64,000 bases of DNA. Source: the human T2T-CHM13v2.0 reference genome, Homo sapiens. The DNA lies in the NCBI RefSeq assembly GCF_009914755.1, contig NC_060948.1, one strand, 5' to 3'. How positions within the stretch are numbered: the stretch's first letter is position 1; the number at the start of each line of letters is the position of its first letter. This document shows positions 41,354 through 60,713 of the stretch, piece by piece. The notes below the pieces were generated by a model, which made no database searches, had not been told where the DNA came from, and was given only the letters and a program-made list of their open reading frames with translations. Both the position numbers and the translations under genes were made by a program.

Positions 41354-43481
41354 AGATCCATATTTTTTAAATGAAAAAAAATTTCAAAGGTACTCTGCTT
41401 GGTACAATAATCAAATGTATAAACTGAGGAATAAAACATAACCATGAAACCTACTTATAACTGCATATGGAAAATACAGAGGATAATTTTTTAAATAACA
41501 TATTTTGAAAGCCTTAACTAGTAATTTGAAGAGTTGGCATTTGAAAGGCCAGTATGAATATACCTTCAAAGCAGCAACACAGGTTCCCCATGAGAAAAAG
41601 CAAACACAGGGAAAATAAAAACACAAAGGTTCAATCTCTTCTGACCTTTGAAAGACACAGCACAGACAGTGGTCCTTAGGACGAAGAGCAGGAGACCCCT
41701 AATTCCGTCACCATGGCGATAGGGCATAAACATTGCTGGGTGAGGGCACAATCCACATTGTGAGGTCCAACTGCTGCCAGGAAGACAGGAGTGCTTTTAC
41801 ATAGACCGAAAGGTCATTGAAGGCTCAGAGTTTTGTTTCAAGAACTGAATCCCAAGCCCACACGTTATTAGGCTGCGCTTCTTAAAACAAGTTATGAGAT
41901 GGGAAAAAGGGCACCCACAAACATACGTATACATTATGTATATAATAATATACAGTATCATATATATAATATATATAACCTATGTATAATATTGTTTTAC
42001 ATCCTGCATCCTATGTTATATATATTGTATAAAATATAATAATTGATAATATATAAGCTGTATAATTATACAATATGACATATAGTATATATTATAATTT
42101 ATGACATATATAATATATGTTATATATCATATATAGAATATATTATACGGTTAATATACGTATTAAATATAAATTATACATTATATATATTATATATAAT
42201 ATATCTGTTATATATAATACCCATTATGCATAATATATATATTATGTCTATGTTATATATAGTATAAAACAACATATAATAATATATAATTGTATATATA
42301 AAATGCGACATATAATATATATTATATTTTATAACATATGTAATATATATTATATATTATATATAATACGTTGTATGTATAATACCTATATTAAATATAT
42401 ATTATATGACTATGTTATTAATTACATGTCACATGTGTTATATATTATATATTTTACATAGAATATACCGGTTACATACAATATATACTATGTTACCTAT
42501 AATGTATAATTTATTACATGTAAAATAAAGAATGCAATATATTATGTAAAATTTATAATATACAATATGTGGAATGTGATATATGTAACATATAATATAT
42601 GATATATGATATACAGTATATGATATATAACATACAATATATGATTCCTAATATATATGGTATACAATATATATTTTATGATATGTATTCTATATGTTTT
42701 ATATTCTGTTATATATAACTATTTGAAATTATATATAACTGTATAATATTTTATGTAAATATGAAATATAATATATATAACTATATAATATATTATATAT
42801 AACTATATATTATGTTATATATACTTTTATAACATAATTTACATAAAATATCATAATATAATATATATTATATTATTTCATATTACATAATATATATTAC
42901 ATATCACCCAATATAACTAACATACATAATAGTATAATATAGATTATATTATGTTATATTAAATATCATATATATCATGTATCATATATTCTATAATATA
43001 TATTACACATTATATAATATGTATGTTGTCTATTATGTGATATATATAACTATATATATAATTATATTTTTATACATATAACTAGATAAACATGTAATTC
43101 TACATATTTTCATTTATAATATGTAGAATTATATAATCATATATAATTATTTATATTCTATAAAAAATTTTATCATTATATAAATTATAATATATAAAAA
43201 TTATAATATGTACTACAAATATATATATTATATATCATATATGATATAGTACCTTTGTTATATATCATAATACATATAAATGTGTATTATGTTATCTATA
43301 ATTATATAATTTCATATATAAGATGTATAATATGTATCATATATTATAGATGTTATGTAATATATATAGTATATATAAGATGACACAGGATAAATATTAA
43401 ATACTATGACATATAAAATATATGAGGTTATATGTTACATATAAGGCATAGCACATAACATGTAATATATATCATGTATAA

Positions 43482-43773
43482 TTTTTTTTTTGACAGAATC
43501 TTGTCCTGTTGCACAGGGTGGGGTACAATGGCGCCATCTTTGCTCACTGCAACTTCTGCCTCATGGGTCCAAGCGATTGTCCTCCCTCAGCCTCCCAGGT
43601 AGCTGGGACTACACCACACTGGGACTACACCAGCTGCCACCATGCCTAGCTAATTTTTTGGATTTTTAGTAGTGACAGCGTTTCACTGTATTGGCCAGGA
43701 TGGTCTTGATCTCTTCACCTTGTGATTCCCTTGCCTTGGCCTCCAAATTTGCTGGGATTACAGGCCTGAGCCA
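43482..43773 (-). mobile_element. Alu fragment, unit 19
   Basis: Copy of the unit Alu (T10 tail variant). Confidence 0.95.
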
Positions 43774-45878
43774 AGATCCATATTTTTTAAATGAAAAAAA
43801 ATTTCAAAGGTACTCTGCTTGGTACAATAATCAAATGTATAAACTGAGGAATAAAACATAACCATGAAACCTACTTATAACTGCATATGGAAAATACAGA
43901 GGATAATTTTTTAAATAACATATTTTGAAAGCCTTAACTAGTAATTTGAAGAGTTGGCATTTGAAAGGCCAGTATGAATATACCTTCAAAGCAGCAACAC
44001 AGGTTCCCCATGAGAAAAAGCAAACACAGGGAAAATAAAAACACAAAGGTTCAATCTCTTCTGACCTTTGAAAGACACAGCACAGACAGTGGTCCTTAGG
44101 ACGAAGAGCAGGAGACCCCTAATTCCGTCACCATGGCGATAGGGCATAAACATTGCTGGGTGAGGGCACAATCCACATTGTTAGGTCCAACTGCTGCCAG
44201 GAAGACAGGAGTGCTTTTACATAGACCGAAAGGTCATTGAAGGCTCAGAGTTTTGTTTCAAGAACTGAATCCCAAGCCCACACGTTATTAGGCTGCGCTT
44301 CTTAAAACAAGTTATGAGATGGGAAAAAGGGCACCCACAAACATACGTATACATTATGTATATAATAATATACAGTATCATATATATAATATATATAACC
44401 TATGTATAATATTGTTTTACATCCTGCATCCTATGTTATATATATTGTATAAAATATAATAATTGATAATATATAAGCTGTATAATTATACAATATGACA
44501 TATAGTATATATTATAATTTATGACATATATAATATATGTTATATGTCATATATAGAATATATTATACGGTTAATATACGTATTAAATATAAATTATACA
44601 TTATATATATTATATATAATATATCTGTTATATATAATACCCATTATGCATAATATATATATTATGTCTATGTTATATATAGTATAAAACAACATATAAT
44701 AATATATAATTGTATATATAAAATGCGACATATAATATATATTATATTTTATAACATATGTAATATATATTATATATTATATATAATACGTTGTATGTAT
44801 AATACCTATATTAAATATATATTATATGACTATGTTATTAATTACATGTCACATGTGTTATATATTATATATTTTACATAGAATATACCGGTTACATACA
44901 ATATATACTATGTTACCTATAATGTATAATTTATTACATGTAAAATAAAGAATGCAATATATTATGTAAAATTTATAATATACAATATGTGGAATGTGAT
45001 ATATATAACATATAATATATGATATATGATATACAGTATATGATATATAACATACAATATATGATTCCTAATATATATGGTATACAATATATATTTTATG
45101 ATATGTATTCTATATGTTTTATATTCTGTTATATATAACTATTTGAAATTATATATAACTGTATAATATTTTATGTAAATATGAAATATAATATATATAA
45201 CTATATAATATATTATATATAACTATATATTATGTTATATATACTTTTATAACATAATTTACATAAAATATCATAATATAATATATATTATATTATTTCA
45301 TATTACATAATATATATTACATATCACCCAATATAACTAACATACATAATATTATAATATAGATTATATTATGTTATATTAAATATCATATATATCATGT
45401 ATCATATATTCTATAATATATATTACACATTATATAATATGTATGTTGTCTATTATGTGATATATATAACTATATATATAATTATATTTTTATACATATA
45501 ACTAGATAAACATGTAATTCTACATATTTTCATTTATAATATGTAGAATTATATAATCATATATAATTATTTATATTCTATAAAAAATTTTATCATTATA
45601 TAAATTATAATATATAAAAATTATAATATGTACTACAAATATATATATTATATATCATATATGATATAGTACCTTTGTTATATATCATAATACATATAAA
45701 TGTGTATTATGTTATCTATAATTATATAATTTCATATATAAGATGTATAATATGTATCATATATTATAGATGTTATGTAATATATATAGTATATATAAGA
45801 TGACACAGGATAAATATTATATACTATGACATATAAAATATATGAGGTTATATGTTACATATAAGGCATAGCACATAA

Positions 45879-46193
<315 letters not shown>

Positions 46194-48321
46194 AGATCCA
46201 TATTTTTTAAATGAAAAAAAATTTCAAAGGTACTCTGCTTGGTACAATAATCAAATGTATAAACTGAGGAATAAAACATAACCATGAAACCTACTTATAA
46301 CTGCATATGGAAAATACAGAGGATAATTTTTTAAATAACATATTTTGAAAGCCTTAACTAGTAATTTGAAGAGTTGGCATTTGAAAGGCCAGTATGAATA
46401 TACCTTCAAAGCAGCAACACAGGTTCCCCATGAGAAAAAGCAAACACAGGGAAAATAAAAACACAAAGGTTCAATCTCTTCTGACCTTTGAAAGACACAG
46501 CACAGACAGTGGTCCTTAGGACGAAGAGCAGGAGACCCCTAATTCCGTCACCATGGCGATAGGGCATAAACATTGCTGGGTGAGGGCACAATCCACATTG
46601 TGAGGTCCAACTGCTGCCAGGAAGACAGGAGTGCTTTTACATAGACCGAAAGGTCATTGAAGGCTCAGAGTTTTGTTTCAAGAACTGAATCCCAAGCCCA
46701 CACGTTATTAGGCTGCGCTTCTTAAAACAAGTTATGAGATGGGAAAAAGGGCACCCACAAACATACGTATACATTATGTATATAATAATATACAGTATCA
46801 TATATATAATATATATAACCTATGTATAATATTGTTTTACATCCTGCATCCTATGTTATATATATTGTATAAAATATAATATTTGATAATATATAAGCTG
46901 TATAATTATACAATATGACATATAGTATATATTATAATTTATGACATATATAATATATGTTATATATCATATATAGAATATATTATACGGTTAATATACG
47001 TATTAAATATAAATTATACATTATATATATTATATATAATATATCTGTTATATATAATACCCATTATGCATAATATATATATTATGTCTATGTTATATAT
47101 AGTATAAAACAACATATAATAATATATAATTGTATATATAAAATGCGACATATAATATATATTATATTTTATAACATATGTAATATATATTATATATTAT
47201 ATATAATACGTTGTATGTATAATACCTATATTAAATATATATTATATGACTATGTTATTAATTACATGTCACATGTGTTATATATTATATATTTTACATA
47301 GAATATACCGGTTACATACAATATATACTATGTTACCTATAATGTATAATTTATTACATGTAAAATAAAGAATGCAATATATTATGTATAATTTATAATA
47401 TACAATATGTGGAATGTGATATATGTAACATATAATATATGATATATGATATACAGTATATGATATATAACATACAATATATGATTCCTAATATATATGG
47501 TATACAATATATATTTTATGATATGTATTCTATATGTTTTATATTCTGTTATATATAACTATTTGAAATTATATATAACTGTATAATATTTTATGTAAAT
47601 ATGTAATATAATATATATAACTATATAATATATTATATATAACTATATATTATGTTATATATACTTTTATAACATAATTTACATAAAATATCATAATATA
47701 ATATATATTATATTATTTCATATTACATAATATATATTACATATCACCCAATATAACTAACATACATAATAGTATAATATAGATTATATTATGTTATATT
47801 AAATATCATATATATCATGTATCATATATTCTATAATATATATTACACATTATATAATATGTATGTTGTCTATTATGTGATATATATAACTATATATATA
47901 ATTATATTTTTATACATATAACTAGATAAACATGTAATTTTACATATTTTCATTTATAATATGTAGAATTATATAATCATATATAATTATTTATATTCTA
48001 TAAAAAATTTTATCATTATATAAATTATAATATATAAAAATTATAATATGTACTACAAATATATATATTATATATCATATATGATATAGTACCTTTGTTA
48101 TATATCATAATACATATAAATGTGTATTATGTTATCTATAATTATATAATTTCATATATAAGATGTATAATATGTATCATATATTATATATGTTATGTAA
48201 TATATATAGTATATATAAGATGACACAGGATAAATATTAAATACTATGACATATAAAATATATGAGGTTATATGTTACATATAAGGCATAGCACATAACA
48301 TGTAATATATATCATGTATAA

Positions 48322-48613
48322 TTTTTTTTTTGACAGAATCTTGTCCTGTTGCACACGGTGGGGTACAATGGCGCCATCTTTGCTCACTGCAACTTCTGCC
48401 TCACGGGTCCAAGCGATTGTCCTCCCTCAGCCTCCCAGGTAGCTGGGACTACACCACACTGGGACTACACCAGCTGCCACCATGCCTAGCTAATTTTTTG
48501 GATTTTTAGTAGTGACAGCGTTTCACTGTATTGGCCAGGATGGTCTTGATCTCTTCACCTTGTGATTCCCTTGCCTTGGCCTCCAAATTTGCTGGGATTA
48601 CAGGCCTGAGCCA
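48322..48613 (-). mobile_element. Alu fragment, unit 21
   Basis: Copy of the unit Alu (T10 tail variant). Confidence 0.95.
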
Positions 48614-50741
48614 AGATCCATATTTTTTAAATGAAAAAAAATTTCAAAGGTACTCTGCTTGGTACAATAATCAAATGTATAAACTGAGGAATAAAACATA
48701 ACCATGAAACCTACTTATAACTGCATATGGAAAATACAGAGGATAATTTTTTAAATAACATATTTTGAAAGCCTTAACTAGTAATTTGAAGAGTTGGCAT
48801 TTGAAAGGCCAGTATGAATATACCTTCAAAGCAGCAACACAGGTTCCCCATGAGAAAAAGCAAACACAGGGAAAATAAAAACACAAAGGTTCAATCTCTT
48901 CTGACCTTTGAAAGACACAGCACAGACAGTGGTCCTTAGGACGAAGAGCAGGAGACCCCTAATTCCGTCACCATGGCGATAGGGCATAAACATTGCTGGG
49001 TGAGGGCACAATCCACATTGTTAGGTCCAACTGCTGCCAGGAAGACAGGAGTGCTTTTACATAGACCGAAAGGTCATTGAAGGCTCAGAGTTTTGTTTCA
49101 AGAACTGAATCCCAAGCCCACACGTTATTAGGCTGCGCTTCTTAAAACAAGTTATGAGATGGGAAAAAGGGCACCCACAAACATACGTATACATTATGTA
49201 TATAATAATATACAGTATCATATATATAATATATATAACCTATGTATAATATTGTTTTACATCCTGCATCCTATGTTATATATATTGTATAAAATATAAT
49301 AATTGATAATATATAAGCTGTATAATTATACAATATGACATATAGTATATATTATAATTTATGACATATATAATATATGTTATATGTCATATATAGAATA
49401 TATTATAGGGTTAATATACGTATTAAATATAAATTATACATTATATATATTATATATAATATATCTGTTATATATAATACCCATTATGCATAATATATAT
49501 ATTATGTCTATGTTATATATAGTATAAAACAACATATAATAATATATAATTGTATATATAAAATGCGACATATAATATATATTATATTTTATAACATATG
49601 TAATATATATTATATATTATATATAATACGTTGTATGTATAATACCTATATTAAATATATATTATATGACTATGTTATTAATTACATGTCACATGTGTTA
49701 TATATTATATATTTTACATAGAATATACCGGTTACATACAATATATACTATGTTACCTATAATGTATAATTTATTACATGTAAAATAAAGAATGCAATAT
49801 ATTATGTAAAATTTATAATATACAATATGTGGAATGTGATATATATAACATATAATATATGATATATGATATACAGTATATGATATATAACATACAATAT
49901 GTGATTCCTAATATATATGGTATACAATATATATTTTATGATATGTATTCTATATGTTTTATATTCTGTTATATATAACTATTTGAAATTATATATAACT
50001 GTATAATATTTTATGTAAATATGAAATATAATATATATAACTATATAATATATTATATATAACTATATATTATGTTATATATACTTTTATAACATAATTT
50101 ACATAAAATATCATAATATAATATATATTATATTATTTCATATTACATAATATATATTACATATCACCCAATATAACTAACATACATAATATTATAATAT
50201 AGATTATATTATGTTATATTAAATATCATATATATCATGTATCATATATTCTATAATATATATTACACATTATATAATATGTATGTTGTCTATTATGTGA
50301 TATATATAACTATATATATAATTATATTTTTATACATATAACTAGATAAACATGTAATTCTACATATTTTCATTTATAATATGTAGAATTATATAATCAT
50401 ATATAATTATTTATATTCTATAAAAAATTTTATCATTATATAAATTATAATATATAAAAATTATAATATGTACTACAAATATATATATTATATATCATAT
50501 ATGATATAGTACCTTTGTTATATATCATAATACATATAAATGTGTATTATGTTATCTATAATTATATAATTTCATATATAAGATGTATAATATGTATCAT
50601 ATATTATAGATGTTATGTAATATATATAGTATATATAAGATGACACAGGATAAATATTAAATACTATGACATATAAAATATATGAGGTTATATGTTACAT
50701 ATAAGGCATAGCACATAACATGTAATATATATCATGTATAA

Positions 50742-51033
50742 TTTTTTTTTTGACAGAATCTTGTCCTGTTGCACAGGGTGGGGTACAATGGCGCCATCTT
50801 TGCTCACTGCAACTTCTGCCTCATGGGTCCAAGCGATTGTCCTCCCTCAGCCTCCCAGGTAGCTGGGACTACACCACACTGGGACTACACCAGCTGCCAC
50901 CATGCCTAGCTAATTTTTTGGATTTTTAGTAGTGACAGCGTTTCACTGTATTGGCCAGGATGGTCTTGATCTCTTCACCTTGTGATTCCCTTGCCTTGGC
51001 CTCCAAATTTGCTGGGATTACAGGCCTGAGCCA
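50742..51033 (-). mobile_element. Alu fragment, unit 22
   Basis: Copy of the unit Alu (T10 tail variant). Confidence 0.95.
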
Positions 51034-53138
51034 AGATCCATATTTTTTAAATGAAAAAAAATTTCAAAGGTACTCTGCTTGGTACAATAATCAAATGTAT
51101 AAACTGAGGAATAAAACATAACCATGAAACCTACTTATAACTGCATATGGAAAATACAGAGGATAATTTTTTAAATAACATATTTTGAAAGCCTTAACTA
51201 GTAATTTGAAGAGTTGGCATTTGAAAGGCCAGTATGAATATACCTTCAAAGCAGCAACACAGGTTCCCCATGAGAAAAAGCAAACACAGGGAAAATAAAA
51301 ACACAAAGGTTCAATCTCTTCTGACCTTTGAAAGACACAGCACAGACAGTGGTCCTTAGGACGAAGAGCAGGAGACCCCTAATTCCGTCACCATGGCGAT
51401 AGGGCATAAACATTGCTGGGTGAGGGCACAATCCACATTGTTAGGTCCAACTGCTGCCAGGAAGACAGGAGTGCTTTTACATAGACCGAAAGGTCATTGA
51501 AGGCTCAGAGTTTTGTTTCAAGAACTGAATCCCAAGCCCACACGTTATTAGGCTGCGCTTCTTAAAACAAGTTATGAGATGGGAAAAAGGGCACCCACAA
51601 ACATACGTATACATTATGTATATAATAATATACAGTATCATATATATAATATATATAACCTATGTATAATATTGTTTTACATCCTGCATCCTATGTTATA
51701 TATATTGTATAAAATATAATAATTGATAATATATAAGCTGTATAATTATACAATATGACATATAGTATATATTATAATTTATGACATATATAATATATGT
51801 TATATGTCATATATAGAATATATTATACGGTTAATATACGTATTAAATATAAATTATACATTATATATATTATATATAATATATCTGTTATATATAATAC
51901 CCATTATGCATAATATATATATTATGTCTATGTTATATATAGTATAAAACAACATATAATAATATATAATTGTATATATAAAATGCGACATATAATATAT
52001 ATTATATTTTATAACATATGTAATATATATTATATATTATATATAATACGTTGTATGTATAATACCTATATTAAATATATATTATATGACTATGTTATTA
52101 ATTACATGTCACATGTGTTATATATTATATATTTTACATAGAATATACCGGTTACATACAATATATACTATGTTACCTATAATGTATAATTTATTACATG
52201 TAAAATAAAGAATGCAATATATTATGTAAAATTTATAATATACAATATGTGGAATGTGATATATATAACATATAATATATGATATATGATATACAGTATA
52301 TGATATATAACATACAATATATGATTCCTAATATATATGGTATACAATATATATTTTATGATATGTATTCTATATGTTTTATATTCTGTTATATATAACT
52401 ATTTGAAATTATATATAACTGTATAATATTTTATGTAAATATGAAATATAATATATATAACTATATAATATATTATATATAACTATATATTATGTTATAT
52501 ATACTTTTATAACATAATTTACATAAAATATCATAATATAATATATATTATATTATTTCATATTACATAATATATATTACATATCACCCAATATAACTAA
52601 CATACATAATATTATAATATAGATTATATTATGTTATATTAAATATCATATATATCATGTATCATATATTCTATAATATATATTACACATTATATAATAT
52701 GTATGTTGTCTATTATGTGATATATATAACTATATATATAATTATATTTTTATACATATAACTAGATAAACATGTAATTCTACATATTTTCATTTATAAT
52801 ATGTAGAATTATATAATCATATATAATTATTTATATTCTATAAAAAATTTTATCATTATATAAATTATAATATATAAAAATTATAATATGTACTACAAAT
52901 ATATATATTATATATCATATATGATATAGTACCTTTGTTATATATCATAATACATATAAATGTGTATTATGTTATCTATAATTATATAATTTCATATATA
53001 AGATGTATAATATGTATCATATATTATAGATGTTATGTAATATATATAGTATATATAAGATGACACAGGATAAATATTATATACTATGACATATAAAATA
53101 TATGAGGTTATATGTTACATATAAGGCATAGCACATAA

Positions 53139-53453
<315 letters not shown>

Positions 53454-55581
53454 AGATCCATATTTTTTAAATGAAAAAAAATTTCAAAGGTACTCTGCTT
53501 GGTACAATAATCAAATGTATAAACTGAGGAATAAAACATAACCATGAAACCTACTTATAACTGCATATGGAAAATACAGAGGATAATTTTTTAAATAACA
53601 TATTTTGAAAGCCTTAACTAGTAATTTGAAGAGTTGGCATTTGAAAGGCCAGTATGAATATACCTTCAAAGCAGCAACACAGGTTCCCCATGAGAAAAAG
53701 CAAACACAGGGAAAATAAAAACACAAAGGTTCAATCTCTTCTGACCTTTGAAAGACACAGCACAGACAGTGGTCCTTAGGACGAAGAGCAGGAGACCCCT
53801 AATTCCGTCACCATGGCGATAGGGCATAAACATTGCTGGGTGAGGGCACAATCCACATTGTGAGGTCCAACTGCTGCCAGGAAGACAGGAGTGCTTTTAC
53901 ATAGACCGAAAGGTCATTGAAGGCTCAGAGTTTTGTTTCAAGAACTGAATCCCAAGCCCACACGTTATTAGGCTGCGCTTCTTAAAACAAGTTATGAGAT
54001 GGGAAAAAGGGCACCCACAAACATACGTATACATTATGTATATAATAATATACAGTATCATATATATAATATATATAACCTATGTATAATATTGTTTTAC
54101 ATCCTGCATCCTATGTTATATATATTGTATAAAATATAATATTTGATAATATATAAGCTGTATAATTATACAATATGACATATAGTATATATTATAATTT
54201 ATGACATATATAATATATGTTATATATCATATATAGAATATATTATACGGTTAATATACGTATTAAATATAAATTATACATTATATATATTATATATAAT
54301 ATATCTGTTATATATAATACCCATTATGCATAATATATATATTATGTCTATGTTATATATAGTATAAAACAACATATAATAATATATAATTGTATATATA
54401 AAATGCGACATATAATATATATTATATTTTATAACATATGTAATATATATTATATATTATATATAATACGTTGTATGTATAATACCTATATTAAATATAT
54501 ATTATATGACTATGTTATTAATTACATGTCACATGTGTTATATATTATATATTTTACATAGAATATACCGGTTACATACAATATATACTATGTTACCTAT
54601 AATGTATAATTTATTACATGTAAAATAAAGAATGCAATATATTATGTATAATTTATAATATACAATATGTGGAATGTGATATATGTAACATATAATATAT
54701 GATATATGATATACAGTATATGATATATAACATACAATATATGATTCCTAATATATATGGTATACAATATATATTTTATGATATGTATTCTATATGTTTT
54801 ATATTCTGTTATATATAACTATTTGAAATTATATATAACTGTATAATATTTTATGTAAATATGTAATATAATATATATAACTATATAATATATTATATAT
54901 AACTATATATTATGTTATATATACTTTTATAACATAATTTACATAAAATATCATAATATAATATATATTATATTATTTCATATTACATAATATATATTAC
55001 ATATCACCCAATATAACTAACATACATAATAGTATAATATAGATTATATTATGTTATATTAAATATCATATATATCATGTATCATATATTCTATAATATA
55101 TATTACACATTATATAATATGTATGTTGTCTATTATGTGATATATATAACTATATATATAATTATATTTTTATACATATAACTAGATAAACATGTAATTT
55201 TACATATTTTCATTTATAATATGTAGAATTATATAATCATATATAATTATTTATATTCTATAAAAAATTTTATCATTATATAAATTATAATATATAAAAA
55301 TTATAATATGTACTACAAATATATATATTATATATCATATATGATATAGTACCTTTGTTATATATCATAATACATATAAATGTGTATTATGTTATCTATA
55401 ATTATATAATTTCATATATAAGATGTATAATATGTATCATATATTATATATGTTATGTAATATATATAGTATATATAAGATGACACAGGATAAATATTAA
55501 ATACTATGACATATAAAATATATGAGGTTATATGTTACATATAAGGCATAGCACATAACATGTAATATATATCATGTATAA

Positions 55582-55873
55582 TTTTTTTTTTGACAGAATC
55601 TTGTCCTGTTGCACACGGTGGGGTACAATGGCGCCATCTTTGCTCACTGCAACTTCTGCCTCACGGGTCCAAGCGATTGTCCTCCCTCAGCCTCCCAGGT
55701 AGCTGGGACTACACCACACTGGGACTACACCAGCTGCCACCATGCCTAGCTAATTTTTTGGATTTTTAGTAGTGACAGCGTTTCACTGTATTGGCCAGGA
55801 TGGTCTTGATCTCTTCACCTTGTGATTCCCTTGCCTTGGCCTCCAAATTTGCTGGGATTACAGGCCTGAGCCA
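55582..55873 (-). mobile_element. Alu fragment, unit 24
   Basis: Copy of the unit Alu (T10 tail variant). Confidence 0.95.
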
Positions 55874-57978
55874 AGATCCATATTTTTTAAATGAAAAAAA
55901 ATTTCAAAGGTACTCTGCTTGGTACAATAATCAAATGTATAAACTGAGGAATAAAACATAACCATGAAACCTACTTATAACTGCATATGGAAAATACAGA
56001 GGATAATTTTTTAAATAACATATTTTGAAAGCCTTAACTAGTAATTTGAAGAGTTGGCATTTGAAAGGCCAGTATGAATATACCTTCAAAGCAGCAACAC
56101 AGGTTCCCCATGAGAAAAAGCAAACACAGGGAAAATAAAAACACAAAGGTTCAATCTCTTCTGACCTTTGAAAGACACAGCACAGACAGTGGTCCTTAGG
56201 ACGAAGAGCAGGAGACCCCTAATTCCGTCACCATGGCGATAGGGCATAAACATTGCTGGGTGAGGGCACAATCCACATTGTTAGGTCCAACTGCTGCCAG
56301 GAAGACAGGAGTGCTTTTACATAGACCGAAAGGTCATTGAAGGCTCAGAGTTTTGTTTCAAGAACTGAATCCCAAGCCCACACGTTATTAGGCTGCGCTT
56401 CTTAAAACAAGTTATGAGATGGGAAAAAGGGCACCCACAAACATACGTATACATTATGTATATAATAATATACAGTATCATATATATAATATATATAACC
56501 TATGTATAATATTGTTTTACATCCTGCATCCTATGTTATATATATTGTATAAAATATAATAATTGATAATATATAAGCTGTATAATTATACAATATGACA
56601 TATAGTATATATTATAATTTATGACATATATAATATATGTTATATGTCATATATAGAATATATTATAGGGTTAATATACGTATTAAATATAAATTATACA
56701 TTATATATATTATATATAATATATCTGTTATATATAATACCCATTATGCATAATATATATATTATGTCTATGTTATATATAGTATAAAACAACATATAAT
56801 AATATATAATTGTATATATAAAATGCGACATATAATATATATTATATTTTATAACATATGTAATATATATTATATATTATATATAATACGTTGTATGTAT
56901 AATACCTATATTAAATATATATTATATGACTATGTTATTAATTACATGTCACATGTGTTATATATTATATATTTTACATAGAATATACCGGTTACATACA
57001 ATATATACTATGTTACCTATAATGTATAATTTATTACATGTAAAATAAAGAATGCAATATATTATGTAAAATTTATAATATACAATATGTGGAATGTGAT
57101 ATATATAACATATAATATATGATATATGATATACAGTATATGATATATAACATACAATATGTGATTCCTAATATATATGGTATACAATATATATTTTATG
57201 ATATGTATTCTATATGTTTTATATTCTGTTATATATAACTATTTGAAATTATATATAACTGTATAATATTTTATGTAAATATGAAATATAATATATATAA
57301 CTATATAATATATTATATATAACTATATATTATGTTATATATACTTTTATAACATAATTTACATAAAATATCATAATATAATATATATTATATTATTTCA
57401 TATTACATAATATATATTACATATCACCCAATATAACTAACATACATAATATTATAATATAGATTATATTATGTTATATTAAATATCATATATATCATGT
57501 ATCATATATTCTATAATATATATTACACATTATATAATATGTATGTTGTCTATTATGTGATATATATAACTATATATATAATTATATTTTTATACATATA
57601 ACTAGATAAACATGTAATTCTACATATTTTCATTTATAATATGTAGAATTATATAATCATATATAATTATTTATATTCTATAAAAAATTTTATCATTATA
57701 TAAATTATAATATATAAAAATTATAATATGTACTACAAATATATATATTATATATCATATATGATATAGTACCTTTGTTATATATCATAATACATATAAA
57801 TGTGTATTATGTTATCTATAATTATATAATTTCATATATAAGATGTATAATATGTATCATATATTATAGATGTTATGTAATATATATAGTATATATAAGA
57901 TGACACAGGATAAATATTATATACTATGACATATAAAATATATGAGGTTATATGTTACATATAAGGCATAGCACATAA

Positions 57979-58293
<315 letters not shown>

Positions 58294-60421
58294 AGATCCA
58301 TATTTTTTAAATGAAAAAAAATTTCAAAGGTACTCTGCTTGGTACAATAATCAAATGTATAAACTGAGGAATAAAACATAACCATGAAACCTACTTATAA
58401 CTGCATATGGAAAATACAGAGGATAATTTTTTAAATAACATATTTTGAAAGCCTTAACTAGTAATTTGAAGAGTTGGCATTTGAAAGGCCAGTATGAATA
58501 TACCTTCAAAGCAGCAACACAGGTTCCCCATGAGAAAAAGCAAACACAGGGAAAATAAAAACACAAAGGTTCAATCTCTTCTGACCTTTGAAAGACACAG
58601 CACAGACAGTGGTCCTTAGGACGAAGAGCAGGAGACCCCTAATTCCGTCACCATGGCGATAGGGCATAAACATTGCTGGGTGAGGGCACAATCCACATTG
58701 TGAGGTCCAACTGCTGCCAGGAAGACAGGAGTGCTTTTACATAGACCGAAAGGTCATTGAAGGCTCAGAGTTTTGTTTCAAGAACTGAATCCCAAGCCCA
58801 CACGTTATTAGGCTGCGCTTCTTAAAACAAGTTATGAGATGGGAAAAAGGGCACCCACAAACATACGTATACATTATGTATATAATAATATACAGTATCA
58901 TATATATAATATATATAACCTATGTATAATATTGTTTTACATCCTGCATCCTATGTTATATATATTGTATAAAATATAATATTTGATAATATATAAGCTG
59001 TATAATTATACAATATGACATATAGTATATATTATAATTTATGACATATATAATATATGTTATATATCATATATAGAATATATTATACGGTTAATATACG
59101 TATTAAATATAAATTATACATTATATATATTATATATAATATATCTGTTATATATAATACCCATTATGCATAATATATATATTATGTCTATGTTATATAT
59201 AGTATAAAACAACATATAATAATATATAATTGTATATATAAAATGCGACATATAATATATATTATATTTTATAACATATGTAATATATATTATATATTAT
59301 ATATAATACGTTGTATGTATAATACCTATATTAAATATATATTATATGACTATGTTATTAATTACATGTCACATGTGTTATATATTATATATTTTACATA
59401 CAATATACCGGTTACATACAATATATACTATGTTACCTATAATGTATAATTTATTACATGTAAAATAAAGAATGCAATATATTATGTATAATTTATAATA
59501 TACAATATGTGGAATGTGATATATGTAACATATAATATATGATATATGATATACAGTATATGATATATAACATACAATATATGATTCTTAATATATATGG
59601 TATACAATATATATTTTATGATATGTATTCTATATGTTTTATATTCTGTTATATATAACTATTTGAAATTATATATAACTGTATAATATTTTATGTAAAT
59701 ATGTAATATAATACATATAACTATATAATATATTATATATAACTATATATTATGTTATATATACTTTTATAACATAATTTACATAAAATATCATAATATA
59801 ATATATATTATATTATTTCATATTACATAATATATATTACATATCACCCAATATAACTAACATACATAATAGTATAATATAGATTATATTATGTTATATT
59901 AAATATCATATATATCATGTATCATATATTCTATAATATATATTACACATTATATAATATGTATGTTGTCTATTATGTGATATATATAACTATATATATA
60001 ATTATATTTTTATACATATAACTAGATAAACATGTAATTTTACATATTTTCATTTATAATATATAGAATTATATAATCATATATAATTATTTATATTCTA
60101 TAAAAAATTTTATCATTATATAAATTATAATATATAAAAATTATAATATGTACTACAAATATATATATTATATATCATATATGATATAGTACCTTTGTTA
60201 TATATCATAATACATATAAATGTGTATTATGTTATCTATAATTATATAATTTCATATATAAGATGTATAATATGTATCATATATTATATATGTTATGTAA
60301 TATATATAGTATATATAAGATGACACAGGATAAATATTAAATACTATGACATATAAAATATATGAGGTTATATGTTACATATAAGGCATAGCACATAACA
60401 TGTAATATATATCATGTATAA

Positions 60422-60713
60422 TTTTTTTTTTGACAGAATCTTGTCCTGTTGCACACGGTGGGGTACAATGGCGCCATCTTTGCTCACTGCAACTTCTGCC
60501 TCACGGGTCCAAGCGATTGTCCTCCCTCAGCCTCCCAGGTAGCTGGGACTACACCACACTGGGACTACACCAGCTGCCACCATGCCTAGCTAATTTTTTG
60601 GATTTTTAGTATTGACAGCGTTTCACTGTATTGGCCAGGATGGTCTTGATCTCTTCACCTTGTGATTCCCTTGCCTTGGCCTCCAAATTTGCTGGGATTA
60701 CAGGCCTGAGCCA
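60422..60713 (-). mobile_element. Alu fragment, unit 26
   Basis: Copy of the unit Alu (T10 tail variant). Confidence 0.95.
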